A DNA stretch of 64,000 nucleotides from positions 1 through 64,000 of the IMG/VR virus record IMGVR_UViG_3300023174_000038; one strand, 5' to 3'. A program made the position numbers and the translations under genes. The notes beneath the pieces were generated by a model. That model saw nothing but the letters and a program-made list of their open reading frames with translations, was not told the origin of the DNA and made no database searches. Position 1 is the first letter of the stretch. The number at the start of each line of letters is the position of its first letter. This document shows, piece by piece, positions 56,883-64,000 of the stretch.

Positions 56883-57034
56883 TAGTTATCGCCTCTTGTT
56901 TGAACCAAAACTTCTTTAGTGTTTGGATCAGTTATTTTTAGATGAGATGAGAAGTAAAACCCACCGTGTTCGTCAGGTTTTGGACCATATTCCTGTACAG
57001 GTTTGGTCTTATTTTCTTCACTATTTTCACTCAT
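56882..57034 (-). CDS. 50-aa protein (MSENSEENKTKPVQEYGPKPDEHGGFYFSSHLKITDPNTKEVLVQTRGDN)
   Basis: Hand translation; ATAAATA just upstream; TAATG stop/start coupling to 56882. Confidence 0.7.
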   Translation of the reverse strand: MSENSEENKTKPVQEYGPKPDEHGGFYFSSHLKITDPNTKEVLVQTRGDN

Positions 57035-57049
57035 ATATTTATTTATCAT

Positions 57050-60000
57050 TTAAGACACGTCCGTATTTAAGAAATATGCCGCTACAGTCTCACTAATCTG
57101 TAAAGGATCGCCCTCAGTTACATTGTAAACATTGCTATTCCAAGTCAAATTGTAATTTACGCTAGGTAATAAGTTACTAGACAATATACCAAATACTTCA
57201 GAATATTCTGGGATATAAGCTAATTCTCCAGTACCATTAGTGCCCCGTTGTAATCCGGAAATAGCATTTAATGCCACTGCAGTACCTGTACCCGATCCTA
57301 TTCCAGTTGCAGTAAATTCTAGTCCCGGGGTATTACTACTAGCACCAATAGCTATAAAGTTTGTAGTTCCCACTGACTGTATAACATAATTACGACCTAC
57401 TTTAAAAGTACTAGCCTGTAATACAGGATTTACAATTGTATATCTAATTTGTTCACCATTAATGTACAACAAATTACCCTCAAGGGTAGTAATAGTTAAA
57501 CTATCACCTACAGTAACATCATTGTATATTTCTAGTATTGGTGCTAAATCTATAATAACAATATCATAATTTATAGAATCTATATAACTGCTGGTAGTAT
57601 TATTATATACAACTACTCTAGAAATAATATTTTTGTCTGCATTTAATCCAATACTGATAACACCGTTAACAGCCGCCGGTGCAGTTACGTTTTGTATAAC
57701 AGTATCAGTTACTCTGGTTAAATCATTAATGTACAATGTTGAATCAGTATAGAACAATGGTTCTACTAACCAAGTTTTAGTATTAGTGTTTGCTCTATAT
57801 ACAGAGCCTGCCCCGTTTTTATTAACGTTCTGTAAATATACCAATTCATTTGGTGTAGCACTAGATACCATACTAGTAATGATTATTTCATCAGCCGAAG
57901 TGATTGGAACCAATATACTTAGATTGTTATTAGCATTTAAATATAATGAACTAGATGGGACACGATATCCGTTAATAGTAACCCATAATCTGTCAACATT
58001 ATTTTGTTCCCAATCACTGTCTACTACAAATGATTCATTTTCCCAAATATAACCACCTGATATATATGACGAAGTACCTACAACAGGATCGTTAACAGCA
58101 CTTATACCTGATAGATATGGTGTATTGTATAAATCAACTTGAGTAGTATTAATTACATGCACGTAGTATGTATTATTATTTAACTGAGTGGAACCTATTG
58201 TGCCATCTATTCTAATTAACGCATTTCCTGCTACCGGCGCACTTAATCCATGTGGTATTCCGGTAGTTACACGTACTGCAGGAGATCCACCTACATATGT
58301 AAACATACCACCGGTACCGTTACCTGGATTGAATGTTGCACCACCTAAGGTTTGTGATATAGTGAATGTACCATTATACGGGAACGTTACCGATTTTACA
58401 TAATAAACTGTACCATTTGTTAATACATTACCAAATGCCGTTCCTTTAAAAATAACAGTTTGGTCAACAATAAATTTACTAGTATCACTACATGTTAATA
58501 AATTGCCTGTACTAGACACCACAGTAACATTTGTAGTTACAATAGGGGGAGAAATTTCGTTATCAATATTAACTATATTTGCAACTGTTACACCATTTAA
58601 ACCATACTGAGTATTAAATGATTGACGATCTGTCAAATTATAACTGGTAACTGCAACAACGTCATTTACCGTAGCTCCGGTAGTCAATGTTAATGTAGTA
58701 GTTAAAGAATTAATTGAATATTCACTATTAGTTAAACGAATTCCATTTACTTCTACTATTGCATTCGTTGGATTATCTCCGCTTACATAGTTAGTTAAAT
58801 CAAACTCAGTTTGTCCTGTTGTGGCAATAAACGTTTCAAGTTCAGGAATAGTGTACCCATATTGAGCCGGGAATGTTTCCCCAAATACAGTATACGTCAA
58901 GTAATCTACTTTATCATCATATTGTGATGTGAATATCATTATTGCTGATATACCATTTGGCGATATACCAAATGTATAATCATTTGTAATAGCTATTGCA
59001 CCACCAACAGCATCCGTTAACGGTACTATGCTTCCTCCCGGTGTTGTTGAAATAGTAAATTGATTACTATCAATAATTGATTTGATATAATATGTTGTTT
59101 GAGGAATTATTACACCACCAAACATTGTATTACTGAATATTATTGATTCATTTACTGACATTCCTTCAGTAGAGTTACAGGTAATACTATCAGTGGCACT
59201 TTCGGTTTCAGTTATGCGAGTTGAATTTCCCATTACCATTTTAGTACCATTATGATAAACAATAGGATTACTCCATGTTGTTCCGCTACCCGTTTGTATT
59301 ACTATATCCATTGATCCAGTGTCACTGGTTAACTGAAATGTAGGGCCTGCTACGCCACTTACTGTAGTGTCAGAAATTGTAATTTTATTTGTTATTGTAC
59401 TAATAGTTTTTATGTAGTACTGAGTATTTACCACAACTCCACCAAATACTCCACCTTGAAATATGATTGGAGAATTTAATGTTAGACTATGTACGGTGTT
59501 ACATAATATTGTGTCCGTTACGCTATTAGTTTCAGTAGCAACAATATTAATAGGTTCAGAACCTGGTCTAATAACACCCGAACCTGCAGTACGTGTTGCT
59601 GAATAATTACAATTTAAATATATTTCATTAAATCCAGTTGTATTATTAGTTCTAATAGGGTCAGACTGACTATTAGATTTCTCTAATTGATCTCCGTTAC
59701 CTACTTCATATACTTCTAACATTAATGTATCATTTAATGGCAATGCACTATATAAACTAATTGTTTTTGTTATCCAATCAGTCGTAAAAGAATCATCATA
59801 TAAACGTATAGCCAATCCAGTTGAACTATCAACTTGAAATACTGATAACTGTGCTGGAATTTGCACTAGACCAAAGAAGCTAAAAGTTACTTGGCCAACA
59901 GTTGGGGTGATTTGAGTAGATACTACATTATACCCAACATGTTGATAAGTTTCTACATCCCAATTTGTACCAGGACGAGTTGTAACTACCATAGTTAAAT

Positions 60001-63000
60001 TATCAGATACTACCCCAGGCACTAATTCTTCTGGTCCATAACCCGCAGTAAATGCATCTCCTTGTACATCATATACCGTAGGAGATGTTATGAATAACCC
60101 TGTGTTTACCCATACAACACCGTCTTCACTTTGTAGTACAACATTGTTGTTACCTACTATTGTTAGTAGACTGTCCGTACTATTCCAAATAATAGCATTC
60201 AAATTATATGTTGTACCCGAAGATTGGCTTGTCCATGTTACACCGTTGTCCGATGATGTTAATATAGTACCCAATTCTCCAATCGCTACAAACAATCCTA
60301 AATCATCTGCGTATATAATATTAGTTAGATTATCGCTGCCGGTGCTTACGTTTACCCAATTAGCTCCATTAATAGATGTGTAGATAGTTCCATTATTACC
60401 TACTATAACTATAATATTATTACCACTAGTTACACCATTAATGTTTTCTGTAGATCCTGTCGGAGTAACATTCGTCCATGTTACTCCATTCACGCTTCTT
60501 AATACAACACTTTTCGTAATTGTCGGTATCACGCTATAATCCGGTCCATATCCTACTGCTATGAATCCAGTGAAGTTGTTAATATTAATGCCAGCTACTC
60601 CATATAATTCAGAACCAGTAACTCGGTATCTTTCAACCCAATTATAAGCATCGGTACTGGATACAATATTATCTCCTACTGCAACGTAAATATCATTTAA
60701 ATATGATACACTATTTAAACTAGTACTGGCTATAGATACTGAACTAGTTGTTAAACCAGTAGTAGTCCAAACTAAACCATCATTACTAACAAAGATAGGG
60801 GTTGCACCATTAGTAGAAGTCATTACATAGGTACCATTAAAGTAACCAATATCACTTAACCCTAAAGGTTGATTTGATAATTTATCTGAAACCCATGTAG
60901 AATTATTTTTATATATTACATCTGAATATGCGGGTGTGTTAGCTGATGCCAAATAAGTTACACCGTTAAATATAATTCCAGTAGTATCTACTTCTGTAGG
61001 ACTAAACGGTTGGTCTTGTAATTCAGTATCTAATGTATATTCTTCTGCCGGCGGAAATGCATTATCCATATATGTACTATTTGGATATGTTATACCATCT
61101 ACTAATTGTGTTAGGTCTAGTCCCGGCATATTAGCAGTGGGTTGATAATAACCAACTATCCTGTCTAATGCATTAAGTTTTCTATTATCACTTTGTAATA
61201 ATTCCCATTTACCAAATATAAATTCAGTGTCATTATTACTTACAATACATTGGTATACTCTGTTGTTATACTTAACAATACTTTGATTGAAGTAGAACGG
61301 TTCTGGCAGTAATGCATAATCTCCTGCAGTATAAGGGAAAGCTATACCGCTTACAGGGATTTGCATTAGAGGATCGCTATAAACTTCACATTCTGTTGCA
61401 GAAATAACTTTTAAATAATATTGCTCTGTAACTTCATTTGGGGTGCCTGCGCCAATAACAGATAATATTGTTCCGTCTGATTCTAACGGTAAGAATTCAT
61501 TATCTGGGTTAGCAGTAATAGTATCAATGGTGTTAACTGTCATAACCAAATCATTAGCAGGAGTTGTTCCACCTAATAGATTTCCAGGTATAGTTATAGT
61601 ATTAGTTACTGTATAACCTTCACCTGGATCAGTAATAATTACTCTATATCCACCTAATATCCAACTTACAGTAAATTCAGGCACTGCTGTAGGTGTTTGC
61701 GTTAATGTTACATTAGTAGATGTATCTGATAACGGGAATACTGATCCGCCAGGAGTAGTTGATATTTTGATATATGGTTGACCGGTTACTGTCATAATTG
61801 CACCACTATCACTAGTTAAATCTATTTCGCTACCGTTAGGTAGTTGTGATATTTTAAACTGTGTACTAGTAATTGAAGCGCCAATAACATAGTATGCAGT
61901 ATCTAACACAGTACCACCTAATGCAGTGCCAGTAAATAGTATTTGCATGTTATTATAAAAACCTGCAGTGCTAGTACATATTAACACATTTCCTGCAGTA
62001 GTAGATGTTACATCAGTTTGCACTACACCGTTGTCCACAACATAATATGTTGTACCACCAATTAAAGTACTATAATTAGTAGGGACTGTGATTGGCATAT
62101 TATTGTAAATATTATTCAATCCGCCACTAGCTGACGTTATGCTTAAATAATCGCCTGCTGCCAATGCATTATCTATTTCACGTTCTACTAGGTTACCATC
62201 AGTACCAGTTAGTCCAATATATGTTGACGTAGAACTTGTTGGATAGAATGTAAATTGTTGTCCAGTTATTTGTCCTGGGCTAACAGGTAAACCAACATTA
62301 CAAGTCATTGTTCCTGTTGCAGTAGTTAATTTAACGGTGTTTGTTTGATCCGTTGCCATACAAGTGCCAGTGGCATCAGCTAATGCAAATGTTCCACCAT
62401 TAATTACAGTAGAGATTTGAAAATTATTACTATTAATTACGTTACTTACATAATAAGTAGTTCCTTGAACTATGTTACCAAATGTTAACACAGACGAACC
62501 ACTGATAGACATATTATTAAATATTATTGGATCATTAACAGATAAGCCCAATGTTCCTTCACATGTAATATAATCGGTGCTAGCAGTAGTGTTAGTAACA
62601 TTAATAATTAATGGATCTTCGGTCGTAGATATAGTAAAGTTTTCATCATCTATTACCGTTGTAACATAATATCTTTCATTTTCAATGATGCCGCCAAATA
62701 CATTACCAGTAAAGAATACCGGTAAGTTAGTATAAAATCCACTTGTTCCGCCTAAGTTACCGGCTGTTAAAGGACTAGTTATTGTATTAATTGTACCAGT
62801 AGTATTTGTAACATTTAGTATGCCGGAATAGAATAATGTAACTACGGCTGTATTGGTAACTTCACCTACATATAATAGTAGACCGGCTGAGCTAATAGTA
62901 GCATCACCTAAAGCAAACGTCCCGCCACCTACAGTAGTTGATATAGTAATATCAGTATCATTTAAAATTTCTTTTATATAATATATAGTGTTGTTAACTA

Positions 63001-64000
63001 TATTACTTGCTCCAACCGCACCTTGAAACTTGATTGGCATATTAACATAGAAACCAACTGTTGCACCAACAGTTCCCTGATCAGGTGCACCGCCTATTGA
63101 TGGTTGAATTGTAATTATATCTGTAGCTGCTACGGTTGATATAACATTTCTTGTACGTGAACTCCAAGACAAGATTTGGTCATTAGTAACACCTTCTATT
63201 TCAAATACTGCACCTGCCGCACTGGCTAAGATAGTGTCAATATTGGGTTGTGTTGATTCTAAACTAATACTTGAACTAGATATTCTTACTGAATTATTGT
63301 ATAATCCTGCATAAAAACTGCCATAGAATTGACCAGCTTGCCAATCTATCAATTGTGAATTGTATGTTGTTCTATCAAATCTTAAAGCAATTTGATTTTC
63401 TCTTATAGGAATTGATGTTGAAACACAGCTTGCTTTTGCGCTAAGGTTTAATATATTATTATCACCTAAGCCTGTACTAAAAAACACAACACGGTCAACA
63501 TCATTAATAGCATCTCTGTAAGTGGTGTACAATCCTACGTTAAATGCAGGAGTAGATTCTAATACGTTTACATAATAATATTGGTCAACATCTAGTCCAC
63601 CAACGGCAGTTGTATTTGCACCTATAGTATATTTTATCAAATCGCCAGTTTGTAACAATGGTGAAGGTAACGTTATTGTATTTGATAACATATCAACATT
63701 ATCAGCAGTAAATGTTATTGATATAGAAGGATCTATTATAATTTCAGGTAATACAGCATAGCCATCACCCGAATCAATTACATCCACACGTAATATTGAA
63801 TCCAAATTCATCACAGCTTGTAATACTGCCGCACGTCTTGGTTCTGGATATATTGTAGTATCAATATATGCAGTTACTCTAGGAGGATTTGTGTACCCAC
63901 GTCCACCGTTTAACATTAATATAGCCGGTAAATCAATTGTAATAATTTCCCCAGGAATATGTACAGTTATAGGAGTACCATCAACACCACGAGTTAATCC
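57050..64000 (-). CDS. Very large virion (baseplate/tail) protein, start outside the window; repeated beta modules and a BNR/propeller-like segment
   Basis: Frame stays open from 63916 to 64000; repeated G(L/F)xxNxPIxF...GxxYY(I/V)...F(T/Q)IS motifs; SxDGxxW repeats. Confidence 0.85.
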   Translation of the reverse strand, partial: GLTRGVDGTPITVHIPGEIITIDLPAILMLNGGRGYTNPPRVTAYIDTTIYPEPRRAAVLQAVMNLDSILRVDVIDSGDGYAVLPEIIIDPSISITFTADNVDMLSNTITLPSPLLQTGDLIKYTIGANTTAVGGLDVDQYYYVNVLESTPAFNVGLYTTYRDAINDVDRVVFFSTGLGDNNILNLSAKASCVSTSIPIRENQIALRFDRTTYNSQLIDWQAGQFYGSFYAGLYNNSVRISSSSISLESTQPNIDTILASAAGAVFEIEGVTNDQILSWSSRTRNVISTVAATDIITIQPSIGGAPDQGTVGATVGFYVNMPIKFQGAVGASNIVNNTIYYIKEILNDTDITISTTVGGGTFALGDATISSAGLLLYVGEVTNTAVVTLFYSGILNVTNTTGTINTITSPLTAGNLGGTSGFYTNLPVFFTGNVFGGIIENERYYVTTVIDDENFTISTTEDPLIINVTNTTASTDYITCEGTLGLSVNDPIIFNNMSISGSSVLTFGNIVQGTTYYVSNVINSNNFQISTVINGGTFALADATGTCMATDQTNTVKLTTATGTMTCNVGLPVSPGQITGQQFTFYPTSSTSTYIGLTGTDGNLVEREIDNALAAGDYLSITSASGGLNNIYNNMPITVPTNYSTLIGGTTYYVVDNGVVQTDVTSTTAGNVLICTSTAGFYNNMQILFTGTALGGTVLDTAYYVIGASITSTQFKISQLPNGSEIDLTSDSGAIMTVTGQPYIKISTTPGGSVFPLSDTSTNVTLTQTPTAVPEFTVSWILGGYRVIITDPGEGYTVTNTITIPGNLLGGTTPANDLVMTVNTIDTITANPDNEFLPLESDGTILSVIGAGTPNEVTEQYYLKVISATECEVYSDPLMQIPVSGIAFPYTAGDYALLPEPFYFNQSIVKYNNRVYQCIVSNNDTEFIFGKWELLQSDNRKLNALDRIVGYYQPTANMPGLDLTQLVDGITYPNSTYMDNAFPPAEEYTLDTELQDQPFSPTEVDTTGIIFNGVTYLASANTPAYSDVIYKNNSTWVSDKLSNQPLGLSDIGYFNGTYVMTSTNGATPIFVSNDGLVWTTTGLTTSSVSIASTSLNSVSYLNDIYVAVGDNIVSSTDAYNWVERYRVTGSELYGVAGININNFTGFIAVGYGPDYSVIPTITKSVVLRSVNGVTWTNVTPTGSTENINGVTSGNNIIVIVGNNGTIYTSINGANWVNVSTGSDNLTNIIYADDLGLFVAIGELGTILTSSDNGVTWTSQSSGTTYNLNAIIWNSTDSLLTIVGNNNVVLQSEDGVVWVNTGLFITSPTVYDVQGDAFTAGYGPEELVPGVVSDNLTMVVTTRPGTNWDVETYQHVGYNVVSTQITPTVGQVTFSFFGLVQIPAQLSVFQVDSSTGLAIRLYDDSFTTDWITKTISLYSALPLNDTLMLEVYEVGNGDQLEKSNSQSDPIRTNNTTGFNEIYLNCNYSATRTAGSGVIRPGSEPINIVATETNSVTDTILCNTVHSLTLNSPIIFQGGVFGGVVVNTQYYIKTISTITNKITISDTTVSGVAGPTFQLTSDTGSMDIVIQTGSGTTWSNPIVYHNGTKMVMGNSTRITETESATDSITCNSTEGMSVNESIIFSNTMFGGVIIPQTTYYIKSIIDSNQFTISTTPGGSIVPLTDAVGGAIAITNDYTFGISPNGISAIMIFTSQYDDKVDYLTYTVFGETFPAQYGYTIPELETFIATTGQTEFDLTNYVSGDNPTNAIVEVNGIRLTNSEYSINSLTTTLTLTTGATVNDVVAVTSYNLTDRQSFNTQYGLNGVTVANIVNIDNEISPPIVTTNVTVVSSTGNLLTCSDTSKFIVDQTVIFKGTAFGNVLTNGTVYYVKSVTFPYNGTFTISQTLGGATFNPGNGTGGMFTYVGGSPAVRVTTGIPHGLSAPVAGNALIRIDGTIGSTQLNNNTYYVHVINTTQVDLYNTPYLSGISAVNDPVVGTSSYISGGYIWENESFVVDSDWEQNNVDRLWVTINGYRVPSSSLYLNANNNLSILVPITSADEIIITSMVSSATPNELVYLQNVNKNGAGSVYRANTNTKTWLVEPLFYTDSTLYINDLTRVTDTVIQNVTAPAAVNGVISIGLNADKNIISRVVVYNNTTSSYIDSINYDIVIIDLAPILEIYNDVTVGDSLTITTLEGNLLYINGEQIRYTIVNPVLQASTFKVGRNYVIQSVGTTNFIAIGASSNTPGLEFTATGIGSGTGTAVALNAISGLQRGTNGTGELAYIPEYSEVFGILSSNLLPSVNYNLTWNSNVYNVTEGDPLQISETVAAYFLNTDVS

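Noticed and set aside
304-60383. All plus-strand ORFs in the track, and short minus-strand ORFs nested in other frames (e.g. 8747-8929, 14772-14960, 21791-22144, 36282-36473)
   Set aside because: They are antisense or off-frame shadows of well-supported genes, with no recognisable motifs
1-64000. Alternative genetic code (stop codon reassignment)
   Set aside because: Standard-code ORFs tile the minus strand densely and core genes are full length

Overview
The window is a fragment of a large, AT-rich, T4-like (myovirus-type) phage genome, and every credible gene is on the minus strand. From low to high coordinates it contains: a recombination/replication block (UvsW, UvsY, UvsX, gp32) with a methyltransferase/PD-(D/E)xK nuclease pair and small genes bounded by repeated sigma70 promoters; putative head proteins and the large terminase; spanin-like genes; sugar-nucleotide enzymes and thyA; a MoxR/vWA pair; and a host-envelope island (porin, Asp/Glu racemase, holin-T-like membrane protein, DAACS symporter, amino-acid binding protein, an acidic protein with a likely -1 frameshift, GT2, a PlcP/LpxH-like phosphoesterase and a three-gene secreted module). 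Next come a circularly permuted two-piece tmRNA linked to an HNH endonuclease, a cluster of five radical-SAM and several glycosyltransferase-like genes, and tail/baseplate genes. The porin and tmRNA tag (ANDSQFALAA) point to a proteobacterial, probably Burkholderiales-like, host (inference). The most interesting observations are: (1) two Pho-box-like repeats each exactly 11 nt upstream of a T4-late-type TAAATA, in front of a putative lipid-remodelling unit; (2) an HNH gene that appears to have truncated a resident tmRNA at its T-arm and brought in a replacement; (3) a coupled amino-acid import/racemase operon built around a holin-T-like protein; (4) a GGGAAAG -1 frameshift adding an amphipathic tail; (5) the radical-SAM/GT locus next to the tail genes. 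All family assignments come from motif recognition by eye; no database searches were run.
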